Of a stretch of 64,000 bases of DNA, positions 52,434 to 62,747 are shown in pieces. Origin of the DNA: Pseudomonadota bacterium (GTDB lineage Bacteria > Desulfobacterota > Desulfobacteria > Desulfobacterales > JBDRRP01); contig JBDRRP010000022.1 of NCBI GenBank assembly GCA_043825735.1, positions 69,231 through 133,230 on the forward strand, given 5' to 3'. How positions within the stretch are numbered: position 1 is the stretch's first letter; every line of letters starts with the position of its first letter. A model generated the notes under the pieces. The model did not search any database, was not told the DNA's origin, and saw only the letters and a program-made list of their open reading frames with translations. A program made the position numbers and the translations under genes.

Positions 52434-53519
52434 TTACACGATGCGTTGGATGAGATCGCGGTAGATGGTGGCGGCCTGGAGGACCTGGCTGAAGGCGATG
52501 GACTCATCTTCGGTGTGGGCTTGGGAGAGATGGCCCGGACCCAGGACGATGGGTTTGATGCCGGCGCCCCAGAGCTGGTTGGCGTCGGAGTGGCTGGGGA
52601 ATGCCCCCGGCTGCCAGGAAAGACCCTGAGCCGAGATGGCCTCCCGAAGGGCCTCGACCACGGGGCCCTTTTCCGGGAGGATGAAACCCGCCTCGTTGGT
52701 GGTGTTTCGAAAGCGCGCATTCAGTCCGTCAGCCACTTTCTCGCCCTGGCAGATGTCTTCCAGTTCGGCGACGATGTCACCGATGGCGATCCCCGGCGGC
52801 ACGTGGATATCCAGCCAGGCCTCGCAATGCTCGGGTACGGCGAATCCGGCCGCGGTGCTGAAAAGATCCCGGATGTTGTAGATCACCTCCGGGCGCACGG
52901 TGTCCAGGTGGCGAATGAGTTTCAGCAGCGTTCGGAACATGACCTTGATGGGGCTTGTACGGGCGTTGCCCATGGCCGCGTGTACGCGGCGCCCGGAGGC
53001 CGCCACTTCCACCTCGACGTAGCCGTAGCAGCTCAGATTCGGACGCAGATCCGTGGGTTCTCCCACCACGGCCCAGGGGAAGTGGTAGGTCCGGGTGAGC
53101 TGCCAGGCGCCGTCACCGGTTTCTTCTTCCCCAACCACCAGGCACAGGGCCACCGGCATCTGGGTCGCGCCTTCTTCCCAGACAGACAGGTAGGCTTCGA
53201 TCATAGCCGCGCACCCGCCCTTCATGTCGGCGGCGCCGAGCCCGTAGATCATGTCCTCGTCTTCTTCATAGCCAAAGCAGTCCAGATCGTATGCGGTGAC
53301 CGTGTCCACGTGACCGATCAATGCCAGCTGGATGTCCGGCCCTTCGGGTGCCACGATAAGGTTGTAGCGGTTGTCGTCAACGGGCTGAATGGTCACGGGC
53401 AGCCCCCGGCGCTTGAGGGTGTTCTTGAGGAACTCGAGAACCGCCTCCTCTTTGCCCGAGGGGCTGTAGATTTCGATCATCTGGCGCAGGAGCTGGCGCA
53501 GGCGCTTGGGCTGGATCAT
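52434..53519 (-). CDS. M20-family metallopeptidase (ArgE/DapE/ACY1 type deacylase)
   Basis: Metal ligand motifs IGHVDTV, GLGAADMKGG and VVGEEETG, plus a C-terminal HTEDESI. Confidence 0.75.
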   Translation of the reverse strand: MIQPKRLRQLLRQMIEIYSPSGKEEAVLEFLKNTLKRRGLPVTIQPVDDNRYNLIVAPEGPDIQLALIGHVDTVTAYDLDCFGYEEDEDMIYGLGAADMKGGCAAMIEAYLSVWEEGATQMPVALCLVVGEEETGDGAWQLTRTYHFPWAVVGEPTDLRPNLSCYGYVEVEVAASGRRVHAAMGNARTSPIKVMFRTLLKLIRHLDTVRPEVIYNIRDLFSTAAGFAVPEHCEAWLDIHVPPGIAIGDIVAELEDICQGEKVADGLNARFRNTTNEAGFILPEKGPVVEALREAISAQGLSWQPGAFPSHSDANQLWGAGIKPIVLGPGHLSQAHTEDESIAFSQVLQAATIYRDLIQRIV

Positions 53520-53523
53520 GACG

Positions 53524-54168
53524 TCACTTTCTTTGCGGGAGCGGTTTTTTCTTGGCGCGTTTTTTCTTTCGCTTTTTAGCGGCCAGATTCATGGTGAGAT
53601 AAATATGTTTTTGGGGGTTATCGAATCCGAGTTTTTGAAACAGCTTCAGGGCCGGGAGGTTTTCTGCCTGCGTGTCCACCATCAGGATGCGCGCACCTTC
53701 TTTGACCATGATGGCTTTGAATCGCCGGAAAAGTTTTTCAGCGATTTTATGGCGCTGGCTTCTCGGGTGAATGCCCAGCCAGATGAGGTAGCCGTATTTC
53801 CAAGCCGAGTGGCTCTTGGTGATGGTGGTGCCCAGGGCGAACCCGACGATGCGGTCATCGATTTCGGCCACCAGGCAGTATTCCGAGTCGCTTTGGAACA
53901 GCCCCACCACTTCGTAGGGGTCCCAGGTGCGGTACATGTTGGGCACTTCCTGTGCCTTAAAGAGCGTCTCTCCTAAGTGAAACACCGTACTGAGATCATC
54001 GATCTCCATTTCCCTGATGTGAAGCGCGATTTTTCCATTGCTCTGTGGGGCGTCCGGTTCGTCCACGGTAATCCTCTCTTTGATGTCAATAAAATTAAAG
54101 GCGCCGTTGCGTCCATTGGGCGCAAGACCCGGAACCCGGATAATAAGACGCCGGTGTTTGCCTGCCAA
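53524..54168 (-). CDS. GNAT-family N-acetyltransferase with a Lys-rich C-terminal tail
   Basis: IREMEIDDLSTVFHLGETLF..., VAEIDDRIVGFALG, LGIHPRSQRHKIAEKLFRRF (acetyl-CoA loop). The tail is AAKKRKKKRAKKKPLPQRK. Confidence 0.7.
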   Translation of the reverse strand: MAGKHRRLIIRVPGLAPNGRNGAFNFIDIKERITVDEPDAPQSNGKIALHIREMEIDDLSTVFHLGETLFKAQEVPNMYRTWDPYEVVGLFQSDSEYCLVAEIDDRIVGFALGTTITKSHSAWKYGYLIWLGIHPRSQRHKIAEKLFRRFKAIMVKEGARILMVDTQAENLPALKLFQKLGFDNPQKHIYLTMNLAAKKRKKKRAKKKPLPQRK

Positions 54169-54253
54169 CAGGAAATTACCGAATCGGGGCCATGCAGGAA
54201 AGTTTTTGGCCTGAAAACAACTCAGCCTCCTCGGGCGGCCGCGCGCCCGGGAG

Positions 54254-54313
54254 GCTTTAGCTTTGCGATCTCAGCGGCTTTGCGAGAGATTCGGCCTTTT
54301 TACGGGATCATCC
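54254..54313. repeat. Half copy of the CGCAAAG-type modular repeat
   Basis: GCTTTAGCTTTGCGATCTCAGCGGCTTTGCGAGAGATTCGGCCTTTTTACGGGATCATCC. Confidence 0.75.
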
Positions 54314-54516
54314 TACTTAAAGGCCACTCCCGGTTTCACGCCAACGGCTTTTAGGATTTTTGCCATGGGACAAAATCCGGTGAAGGATGCCTGGAGAAGA
54401 TTGGCGCCGACGAAAGCGGTAAACCAAAGCCAGTGCGGGGAGTGCACAACCGATAAAATAACGCTGAGTAAAATAAAACCGCCGGCCACGCCCATTACGA
54501 TGCGATCGATTGCCAT
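54313..54516 (-). CDS. DUF2892 (YgaP-like) small membrane protein
   Basis: [22 protein letters not shown]...[28 protein letters not shown] is the characteristic two-TM, C-terminal Cys pattern. Confidence 0.7.
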   Translation of the reverse strand: MAIDRIVMGVAGGFILLSVILSVVHSPHWLWFTAFVGANLLQASFTGFCPMAKILKAVGVKPGVAFK

Positions 54517-54615
54517 GGTGTCCTCCTTGTATATCCGTGTGAAACACCGGCCTGTTGGTGCCCGTGTTTACGTCGCCGCTGATATCAGAGATGCCGCTCG
54601 GAAAATGGTTGCACC

Positions 54616-55515
54616 TCAGTTGACTGAAAGTGTGCGATGGTTTTCCTGAATACGGGTATAGATGTCCATGGGCGACAGATTGTTTTTACCACCGATTTCT
54701 TTCAGGGTCCATTGCGCCGTGGCAGTGATCCCGGCATCACTGAGCAGCCTCAGAACAGCCGGCAGTTGGAGGTGGTATTCGGCCGCCAGATCGGCCAAGG
54801 GGCGGCTGCCGGTTCCCAGGGGTGGCGATGACGGCATTGTCGCCGCGGCTTCGGCCGGCTGCGCCGGCTTCATGATGATATAGAGGCGCTGGGGCGCAAC
54901 GCCGTTTTCCTCGGCGATCCGTGCAAGCGTTTTATCCGGTGCGGCTCCGGTGATGCCGGCGTTATTTAGCCGGGCCAGGCTTTGCGGCAGATCGAGTTGG
55001 GTTTTGCCGGCAAACGTCTTCAACGTTGAAAGCTCGGCATGCCCGTAGGGGGGGTCTCCGTAAATGCGCGCGGCCCGGTCTTTTATGGCGGCGTTCAGGT
55101 TTAAAATGGTGGAAAACGGCGGCACGTGAAAATAGGTGCCGGCCACTGCGGCGACCACCAACAGAAAAGCCACGTTGAAGTCCGGTGTGAGCACTGTGAG
55201 CCTGCGCATCCGGTTTTTCAGGTACGCGGTAATGGGTTTCCAGTTGAGATAAATATGGACCACGATGGCGATGAGAAATATCACCCCCAGGTTGATGTGA
55301 ATGTCTGTCCATTGGGTCTTGCCAAGGCCCCACAGGCGCCAGTCCGCCCAGTAGGCCACACGTCCCTGAGGAACGATGTACAGGATAACGCTGGTCAGCA
55401 GCATGAGAAGAAATGACAGCAGGGCGGTAAGCGATGTGGTCCGGCGAATGTTCACAGGCACGACCTCCATTGGGTTTGTTGATGCATTGTACAACTGTGA
55501 TCCGGTTCGTTGCAA
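54616..55515 (-). CDS. Membrane protein with an N-terminal DUF4405-like four-helix domain and a soluble C-terminal region
   Basis: LTALLSFLLMLLTSVILYIVPQGRVAYWADWRLWGLGKTQWTDIHINLGVIFLIAIVVHIYLNWKPI. The family call is from memory. Confidence 0.5.
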   Translation of the reverse strand: MQRTGSQLYNASTNPMEVVPVNIRRTTSLTALLSFLLMLLTSVILYIVPQGRVAYWADWRLWGLGKTQWTDIHINLGVIFLIAIVVHIYLNWKPITAYLKNRMRRLTVLTPDFNVAFLLVVAAVAGTYFHVPPFSTILNLNAAIKDRAARIYGDPPYGHAELSTLKTFAGKTQLDLPQSLARLNNAGITGAAPDKTLARIAEENGVAPQRLYIIMKPAQPAEAAATMPSSPPLGTGSRPLADLAAEYHLQLPAVLRLLSDAGITATAQWTLKEIGGKNNLSPMDIYTRIQENHRTLSVN

Positions 55516-55519
55516 AAGG

Positions 55520-56161
55520 TTACATCCGGTCGTGGCGGGTGGCGTCGTCGATGGCGTGGCGTATGGCTACGGTGAGCGTTTCCAGCGCCAGGGGTGTTGG
55601 GGCCGACTGGGCGCCGCCTTTCGTGCCGGTGAGTTCGTCGCGCAGCGTGGTTGAGAGCTCCAGTTGAACGCCTCGAATCCCAGGAAAGCGGTTACACAGG
55701 TTGCGGGGGTGCATGCCGGGAAATTTTTTGGATGTGGTGGGGTGAAGCCCGGCTGCCAACAGCCGCGCCGCTAAGTGACGGCCCAGTTCGGTGTCCCGGC
55801 CGCCCAGGTAGACCACACGGTCCGGGTCCCGGCATCCGTGAATCACGACAAGGAGCCGCGCACTTGCGGCCAGTGCCATGGCCCGGGGCTCGTCAAAACG
55901 GGTGCTGGGCAGGTGAAGGGCGCGGTTGCCGGCGGAAAGGGTGCCGATAAAGGCGTAATAGCCGTGATCATCTCCGGCCACGGCATCGGCGATGATATGG
56001 GTGCCCGGCTCGATGCCCCCGCCGTGGGGTGCCATGACCAGAACACCGGTGCGGCCGACTCTGGTCACGATCCGGTAGTCCCGGTCTTCCACGTAACGGC
56101 GGCGGATGTCTTCAAAACAGGTCAGCGCGGCGGCGGGTGGCCCGGGGCGGTCCGCAATCAA
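55520..56161 (-). CDS. Poly-gamma-glutamate hydrolase family protein (PF05908/YjqB-like)
   Basis: GVLVMAPHGGGIEPGTHIIADAVAG...YYAFIGT...ALHLPSTRFDEP...LLVVIHGC matches the family metal-binding pattern. Confidence 0.65.
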   Translation of the reverse strand: MIADRPGPPAAALTCFEDIRRRYVEDRDYRIVTRVGRTGVLVMAPHGGGIEPGTHIIADAVAGDDHGYYAFIGTLSAGNRALHLPSTRFDEPRAMALAASARLLVVIHGCRDPDRVVYLGGRDTELGRHLAARLLAAGLHPTTSKKFPGMHPRNLCNRFPGIRGVQLELSTTLRDELTGTKGGAQSAPTPLALETLTVAIRHAIDDATRHDRM

Positions 56162-56300
56162 CTTGAAGATTCCTCTGGTGTGAATTAGAATGCCCTATAT
56201 CGGTGAACCAATGATCGGCGAATACCGCTGATTCGGTGACCGACAACGGAACCCAGCGCAGCATCCAAACCCATTACAGCCCCCTACGGAGGATACCGTC

Positions 56301-56768
56301 ATGCCGGACACACCATTGACCGACGTTCTCGACACTGCCATCCAGCGTGAGCGGGAGGCCTATCGATTCTACACGGACCTGAAGGGGCGCGTTCAGGACG
56401 ACAGTGCCCGGCAGGCCATTGAATTTATCGCCGGCGAAGAGCTCAAACACGAGGCGTTTCTTCTTGACTACAAAGGTGGCAAGCTGGGCGCCGGCGCGCT
56501 TCAGATGCGTCAGGCCATCCATTACAAGATCGCCGAGTACCTCGATGAGCCGGATGTGTCCGAAAACATGTCCAGCCAGGAGGTTTTTCTGGTGGCGGCC
56601 CACCGCGAGAGCCGCTCAAACCTGTTTTACGCCGAGCTCGCGGCCCTTCACGACGATGCCGACTTAAAGGACATGCTGCTGAAGATGGCCAACGAGGAGC
56701 TCAAGCACAAGGAAAAGATGGAGTACCTTTACGCCAATACCGCTTTTCCCCAGACAGACGGCGGATAA
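56301..56768 (+). CDS. Ferritin-like/rubrerythrin-family diiron protein
   Basis: Two E...ExxH motifs (REREAYRFY...IAGEELKHEAFL and ESRSNLFY...MANEELKHKEKM). Confidence 0.65.
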   Translation: MPDTPLTDVLDTAIQREREAYRFYTDLKGRVQDDSARQAIEFIAGEELKHEAFLLDYKGGKLGAGALQMRQAIHYKIAEYLDEPDVSENMSSQEVFLVAAHRESRSNLFYAELAALHDDADLKDMLLKMANEELKHKEKMEYLYANTAFPQTDGG

Positions 56769-56882
56769 ATGACATTGGGTGCGCCCGGACTGCAAGGGCG
56801 CACCCAATGTCATTTATATATCAACAGCAACTGCTTCATATCCTTTTTTCATGGTTCGCATCCCCGTTCATCACCAGTGTGA

Positions 56883-58448
56883 TCATAGCTGGGATTCGAT
56901 GGGCAGAAGGCCCATCAGGGCGATGCCGAACCGTTTCCAGAAGCCGGTGTAGGGATCGACGTCGAAGGTCTGGGGTTTGCCGTCGACCTCGCCGTGCCAG
57001 AGGATGTTTTCCCTTCCGCGGGCGTCTTTTGTCAGCGCCAGTCGAAACGCCACCTGATCGATGTGCGCATCAAACCATTGCCCCATCCCCTCGGCAATCT
57101 CGGCCGAATTGATCACCACCCCGATTTCCGTGTTTTCGACGACAGACCGGGGGTCCAGATTCAGTGACCCGATAAATACGCGCTGGCGGTCGAAAACAAA
57201 CGATTTGGCGTGTAGGCTGGCCTTGGACGCCCCGTGCCCCTCTTTTTTTTCAGCCTTTTGCGCCCGGGTCAGTTTTTTATTGAGCTCGTAGAGTTCAACG
57301 CCGCCGCGCAATAGATCCCTCCGGTAGCGGTCGTAGCCGGCATGGACCATGCCTACGTCATTTGAGGCCAGTGAATTGGTGAGGATTCGAACCCGCATCC
57401 CGCGCTTCACCAGGGTCGTGAGAAAGGCCGTTCCTTCATCCCCCGGCACGAAATACGGCGAGAAAATGATCAGCTCCCGGGTGATGCCGGCGAAGTACGG
57501 TTCAAGCTTTGGCGCCAGGTGATATTCGGTGCGATTGCGGTCCGTGGAAAGCTTTTCGGGGCTGTCGGAAACGACATCGGCGGTGCCCCAGGAAAAGGTG
57601 AGCAGGTTTTTGCGGAGCTGGTTGGCCAGATCGGAGTTTTTAAGCGCCTCTATGTAAACGGAATTTTCGTACTCGGCGATTTTTTCCTTAAACGCGGCCG
57701 TCTTTTCAGCCACCTCTTTTGCGCTGGGCGTGCCTCCTGCGAGCAGGGTTGCCGGATAGGCCAGGGAATCGTTCCAGTATCTGTCAAATGATGCGGAGAC
57801 ATCCTTGGCCGCAGGCCCCACGGCCAATACGTCGAGGTCTCCGAACATGAGATCCGGGTTCGCCTCGAAGTATTCGTCGCCGATATTTCGCCCGCCCAGG
57901 ATAGTGGCCTGGTTGTCGACGGTAAAGGACTTGTTGTGCATCCGTCGGGTGACAGATCCCAGGCGGCTCACAAACTGGGTCACGCGTCCGGTGTTGCGGC
58001 TGAAGGGGTTGAAAAGGCGCACTTCCATGTTGGGATGACTGTCCAGCAAGGTCGCGCCGAGATCCCGGCCACCCAGGTCCATGTCGTCCACCAGAAGGCG
58101 CACACGCACACCCCGATCGGCGGCCTTGATCAGCTGGTCAATGAACAAGGCGCCGGTCATGTCGTCGTGGAGCAGATAGTACTGAGCGTCGATGCTTTGG
58201 TCGGCGGTCTGAGCCAGCACTGCCCGGGCCACGAAGGCATCCACGCCGCTGGAAAGGACAAGAAAGCCTGATTTTCCAACGTTTGCGGCAGCTTGCGCGG
58301 CAATGGCGGTGCCGATGCGCGTGTTTTGGGTCCCGGTCACCGCGTGAGAGGTCCGCCGGTGGGAATTGTCCGGCAGGGTGGCGCAGGCGGTGACCATGGC
58401 CAGGGTGAAAAGGGCCATTAGGGCTGACAGGTACTTTCCAGCATTCAT
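56883..58448 (-). CDS. Phospholipase D-family lipoprotein (two HKD motifs)
   Basis: Lipobox LAMVTAC. HKD motifs MHNKSFTVDNQATILGGRNIGDEY and LHAKSFVFDRQRVFIGSLNLDPRS. Confidence 0.85.
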   Translation of the reverse strand: MNAGKYLSALMALFTLAMVTACATLPDNSHRRTSHAVTGTQNTRIGTAIAAQAAANVGKSGFLVLSSGVDAFVARAVLAQTADQSIDAQYYLLHDDMTGALFIDQLIKAADRGVRVRLLVDDMDLGGRDLGATLLDSHPNMEVRLFNPFSRNTGRVTQFVSRLGSVTRRMHNKSFTVDNQATILGGRNIGDEYFEANPDLMFGDLDVLAVGPAAKDVSASFDRYWNDSLAYPATLLAGGTPSAKEVAEKTAAFKEKIAEYENSVYIEALKNSDLANQLRKNLLTFSWGTADVVSDSPEKLSTDRNRTEYHLAPKLEPYFAGITRELIIFSPYFVPGDEGTAFLTTLVKRGMRVRILTNSLASNDVGMVHAGYDRYRRDLLRGGVELYELNKKLTRAQKAEKKEGHGASKASLHAKSFVFDRQRVFIGSLNLDPRSVVENTEIGVVINSAEIAEGMGQWFDAHIDQVAFRLALTKDARGRENILWHGEVDGKPQTFDVDPYTGFWKRFGIALMGLLPIESQL

Positions 58449-58460
58449 ATTCTTCCGTTT

Positions 58461-61400
58461 CTATTTCCGAATGGCGAAATCCACCCGGCTGAGCCGCTCC
58501 TTTGGCTTGCCATCGTCGTCGGTTTCCGGCGTCGGGTCCGGCTCCCTCAAAAACACCCGTTCGCTGTCGATCCGTTCGTCGGCTTGTATGAAATTCTTCG
58601 CCGTCTCGGCCCGCTGCATGGACAGGCGGCGCAAATCGGCTTCGGTGATGTCGATGCTGGTGAAGACCAGTTTTTCCATTTCATCCGGGGGCAGCGTCTT
58701 CAGCGACCCGTCGGGGTTGCGGGGTTTGGCGATGTCCGTCTTGTCATAGACCCGCTTGATGTAGACAGCGAATTCTTCGGCGCTAATCGTATCGGCGGTT
58801 TCAGGTGGTGTCGACGGGTTCTTTTTCAACAGATCCCGCAGTTTTTCAGCACGAACGAGATCCGTTAATCGCTTTTTCCGCAGGCTCATGCTGTCGGATT
58901 CCGGGTTGACCTGCCCCTGGATTTCGATATTCACGGCCGGGCGCGCTACCATTGCCGTAACCAGGAGCTGGAGTTTTTCTGTCGCTTCAGGGGTGAGATC
59001 ATATGCCCCGGCATTGAAATCCACGTAGCTCAGCTCGGGCCCGCCGCCCAGCATGCCTCCCAGTGCGGCAAAGGGGGCGGTGATGATTTTTGTGATGGTG
59101 CTGAGCAGTAATTGAAAGATAACGCCGCCGACACTGAATTCCGGGTCTTCGAGGTTTCCCCTCACCGGCAGGTCGATCTGAATCCGCCCGCTGGGGTCCT
59201 TGAGCAGGGCCACGGCCAGGTCTATGGGCAGATTGATGGCATCTTCGCTGGCCACGGATTCTCCCAGGGTGAACTGGTCGAGGTAGACTTTGTTTTCACC
59301 GGCCAGTTTCTTACCGGAAATTTTATAGCCCAGCACCAGGGTGAGTTTGCCCTTGTCCAACTGGCGACCGAGGTATTTTCCCGCGTAGGGGCTGAAGGGG
59401 CTCAGTTCGATGTCGCTGAACTCGATCTGGATATCGGTGTACTGATCTTCGATGAGGGGGTTGATCTGGCCGGTGATTTTGAGGGGCGACTGGTTTTCCA
59501 GCCGCCCGGCCAGAAACACGTCCGCCCGTGCGAGCGATTCTGAAGACAGGCCCGAAATCGTTCCTCCCAGTTCGAGCATTTTGGTTTCAAAGGTCGGCTG
59601 GATGGAGTTGTCGGAAAAATCCACCCGGCCGCCTTGCAAAGTGACCTTGGCGATCCGGATGTCGGGAATCGACGAGGTGCTTTGGGGGTGCTCAGGAGCG
59701 GTCGTTGCCGCTTTCGGAGGCGTGCTTTCGGGTGCTGCGGCCGCCGGTGCCGGATGCCCGGGCTCGGCGGCCAGAACCTCTTTAAGGTTGACCGACCCGT
59801 CGGCGTTGACCGCGAGCCGGGCGAAGTAATCCGTCAGGGCCACCTCGTCCAGCCTCACCTTCAAGGGCATGAGACTCACATCGATGCCTGAGAGGTAGAG
59901 CGATTTCCAGCTCAACAGGTCCTTGACGTTCCTTTTATCCACGGAAGCGAAGTCGTTGACAGCGGCTTCACCGGTATACTGAAGGTGCAATCGGTCCTTC
60001 ATTGTAACGGTCAGCGTCCCATCGGTGTCGAATTTACCCTTGGTGACGAGTGCGTGAATGTTTTCCGAGTAATAGGGCTGGCCGGGAATGAGGCTGAGGC
60101 CCACACTTTTTATCTTAAGCGTTGCCGCCAGCGGATTGATGGCAATGTCGCCGTCAGCCGACAGGGTGCCGTCACGAACGCCCACTACACGCAGATTCAT
60201 CCGCCCCTTCTTGCCGTTTCTTTCTGTTGTGAGCGAATCGAGCTGAACCGAGACGTCCTTGACTCTGGCCTGAGCGTCCTCCCTGAGGCTTTTATCCGCA
60301 AAGCCGATCTGAAATTTGGACAGGGCTGCGGTTTTCAGTTTGACGACAAAGGGGAGCGCTGCAAACGGATCGGCTGATGGGCTTTTCTGGGACGTTATCG
60401 CGCCGGTCGCTACCGGCGGCAGCGGCGCGGATTTTGGCAGCACGGCATTGAGCAGATCGATGCTGCCGTCAGGGTTGCGCACGGCCGTGATGTCGCCACC
60501 GGCGGTGGTCACCGTGTCTATGGTGAGGGCGCTGTCATCGGGGTCCAGGCGCACGCCTGCGACATCCAATTGGTTGATGGACACCAGATCCGCCGCGGCA
60601 CTGCCTGCTGACAAGCGGATGTTTTTCAGGGCGAGGTGGGCCTCGGCCATCCGGGGAAGCAGGGTGCCTGCCGTGAGGGTCAGGCCTGACACACCGGCCC
60701 CGATGCTGCCCACCACCACAGTGCTCGGGGCCATGGCCGTGCTGTGATCCCTCAAAACGGCCTTGAAATTTTCGATGGCAAGGCTCTCCAGTTGGACAAC
60801 CCACGGGGGCGCCTTGTCAGGATCAACGGGAGTCTTTCCGGTACTGTCCGGCGCGGCTACGGGCGGTGATGTTTTCGGAGAAATGCCGGCGCCGGCATCT
60901 TTCGGTGGGGTGGGGATGAGGGCGCTCAGGAGATTGATCCGGCCGTCACTATCCCGGGTGGCCTGAATGTCACCGCCGCTGGAGGCTACGGACGCCACCT
61001 GGACCAGCTTCTGATCGGGAACAAAGCGCACGCCCTCCACGCTGAAGCGGGGGACACTGAGCAGGGGGGCTCCGCCGGACTCAGATGAAAGCCGTACATC
61101 CGACGCAGACAGGTGGGCATTCTCCACGGTGGGCATTCCCGAGCCTTGTCCGGCGGTAAGCAAGAGACCGGACAATCCCATATCGAGCCCGCCCACTGCG
61201 AGGGTTGCTGGCGCAGCTGCGGCCCTGTCGGTGATGTGCCCAGACACACCCGACGCCGTGAGGGTGGTGAGCGCGATTCGCCATGGCCTGCTGTCGGGAG
61301 GGCTTCCATCCGGCGGGGAGCCAGACGGCGCCGTGGGTGGGGGGACCACCAGGTCGAGCAGGTCTATCCTGCCGTCGGCATGCCGGACGAGGTCCACCCG

Positions 61401-62447
61401 GGCGCCGGCAAGGGTTACGGCGCCGACGCCGAGAAAAAACTCGGCGGGTTCCAGGTTGACATCAGAGACGGTCAATCGCTGTAAATCCAGCAGTGGTGAG
61501 CCATTTGTCGGCGGAGATACCCGAAGTCCGGCAAGCGTGAAATTGGCCTGGCGCACTGCGGGCAGCGCCATGCCCGTAGTTCCCGAAGCATACTGGTAGT
61601 CGAAATCGAGATCCACCGTGCCGCTGTCGATGCGGCCCTTGAAATAGGGCTCGGCGTAAGGGGCCAGTGGTGGCAGGGGCATCCCCGCCACCTGGACATG
61701 GCCTCGGGAAGACAAGGCTGCCAGGTGAATCTCGCCGTCGGCCTGAATCCTTACACCGAGATCCGTTGTCATGGCCGCATTAAAGGTGCCGGGGCGCTTG
61801 GACCGGGTTCCCAGTTCTCCCGCGTCCAGGTTGAGTGTGGTGACGGCTGCGCTAAAGGCCGGTGTCACGGCATTGTCCTGCCACTGCAGCCGCGCGTCGG
61901 TCACGATCAGTCGGCGCACGAAGAAGGCGGGCAGCGATACCGGCGCCGGCGATTCCGGTGTTTTTACGGCTCCCGGTTTCAGCAGATCGGAGAAATTGAA
62001 GCTGCCGTTGGTGTTTCTTACCACCCGGGCGGCCGGCGTCTGAATGACGAGGGATTTCAGAGTGGGTGTGGCCGTGAGCAATGATACGAGTTCCGCGTTG
62101 GCCGTTATGGCGCCCACGGACGCAAATTCACCGCCATCGTGATCGCCGAGGGTCACACCGGTGATGTGGAGGCTGAGGGTAAACGGGTTGAAAGCCACCG
62201 TTTTCAATCCGAATGGCCGGCCGATGGCGGCGGAAATTTTTTCCGGAACCACGGTGATGATGACCTGCGGCACGATGAAAAATCCGGTCACCGCATAGAG
62301 AATGACCAGGCTGGGAACGATAATGAGGATCCGCTTCGCGTTTTTACGGAAAAATTCGATGCTGGCCTGCACGGATACCATGGCATGTTCCTGTCGGGGG
62401 CTGGAGTGTTTGGCTGTATGAGCGCGTATGTCATTATAGCGCCTCAA
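58461..62447 (-). CDS. Giant envelope protein, DUF748/AsmA-like repeats with a degenerate OmpA-like C-terminus
   Basis: 1328 aa. N-terminal TM ILIIVPSLVILYAVTGFFIV. Repeated beta-rich modules (...DGRIDLLDL..., ...DGRINLLSAL..., ...DGSIDLLNAV..., ...DGSVNLKEVL...). The likely start is MVSVQ at 62381. Confidence 0.55.
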   Translation of the reverse strand: MRRYNDIRAHTAKHSSPRQEHAMVSVQASIEFFRKNAKRILIIVPSLVILYAVTGFFIVPQVIITVVPEKISAAIGRPFGLKTVAFNPFTLSLHITGVTLGDHDGGEFASVGAITANAELVSLLTATPTLKSLVIQTPAARVVRNTNGSFNFSDLLKPGAVKTPESPAPVSLPAFFVRRLIVTDARLQWQDNAVTPAFSAAVTTLNLDAGELGTRSKRPGTFNAAMTTDLGVRIQADGEIHLAALSSRGHVQVAGMPLPPLAPYAEPYFKGRIDSGTVDLDFDYQYASGTTGMALPAVRQANFTLAGLRVSPPTNGSPLLDLQRLTVSDVNLEPAEFFLGVGAVTLAGARVDLVRHADGRIDLLDLVVPPPTAPSGSPPDGSPPDSRPWRIALTTLTASGVSGHITDRAAAAPATLAVGGLDMGLSGLLLTAGQGSGMPTVENAHLSASDVRLSSESGGAPLLSVPRFSVEGVRFVPDQKLVQVASVASSGGDIQATRDSDGRINLLSALIPTPPKDAGAGISPKTSPPVAAPDSTGKTPVDPDKAPPWVVQLESLAIENFKAVLRDHSTAMAPSTVVVGSIGAGVSGLTLTAGTLLPRMAEAHLALKNIRLSAGSAAADLVSINQLDVAGVRLDPDDSALTIDTVTTAGGDITAVRNPDGSIDLLNAVLPKSAPLPPVATGAITSQKSPSADPFAALPFVVKLKTAALSKFQIGFADKSLREDAQARVKDVSVQLDSLTTERNGKKGRMNLRVVGVRDGTLSADGDIAINPLAATLKIKSVGLSLIPGQPYYSENIHALVTKGKFDTDGTLTVTMKDRLHLQYTGEAAVNDFASVDKRNVKDLLSWKSLYLSGIDVSLMPLKVRLDEVALTDYFARLAVNADGSVNLKEVLAAEPGHPAPAAAAPESTPPKAATTAPEHPQSTSSIPDIRIAKVTLQGGRVDFSDNSIQPTFETKMLELGGTISGLSSESLARADVFLAGRLENQSPLKITGQINPLIEDQYTDIQIEFSDIELSPFSPYAGKYLGRQLDKGKLTLVLGYKISGKKLAGENKVYLDQFTLGESVASEDAINLPIDLAVALLKDPSGRIQIDLPVRGNLEDPEFSVGGVIFQLLLSTITKIITAPFAALGGMLGGGPELSYVDFNAGAYDLTPEATEKLQLLVTAMVARPAVNIEIQGQVNPESDSMSLRKKRLTDLVRAEKLRDLLKKNPSTPPETADTISAEEFAVYIKRVYDKTDIAKPRNPDGSLKTLPPDEMEKLVFTSIDITEADLRRLSMQRAETAKNFIQADERIDSERVFLREPDPTPETDDDGKPKERLSRVDFAIRK

Positions 62448-62747
62448 AAGCGCCCTTCAAGGTAAAATCGCGTCAATAATAGTTATTTGATTATACAGAA
62501 TGCGCCAGCCTTTTCACTGGTGGTTGATTTCCTCGGGGGCGAAATCGCTTGGGCTTTGCGCCGTCGAGGAGGCTATGGCAGGGCCAGTGACGGCAGCCGA
62601 TCTGCCATTTGTAAAAAGGCTCTAAATTTCAAAAATGCTATTTGGTTTGACAACGAACGATAATTGCCTGTAGGGCTATGGATATACTCAATAGTGAGTT
62701 GAGGGGCCGGGTACCAACGCCATTACCGGAATCTTAAAAGGGGGGTA

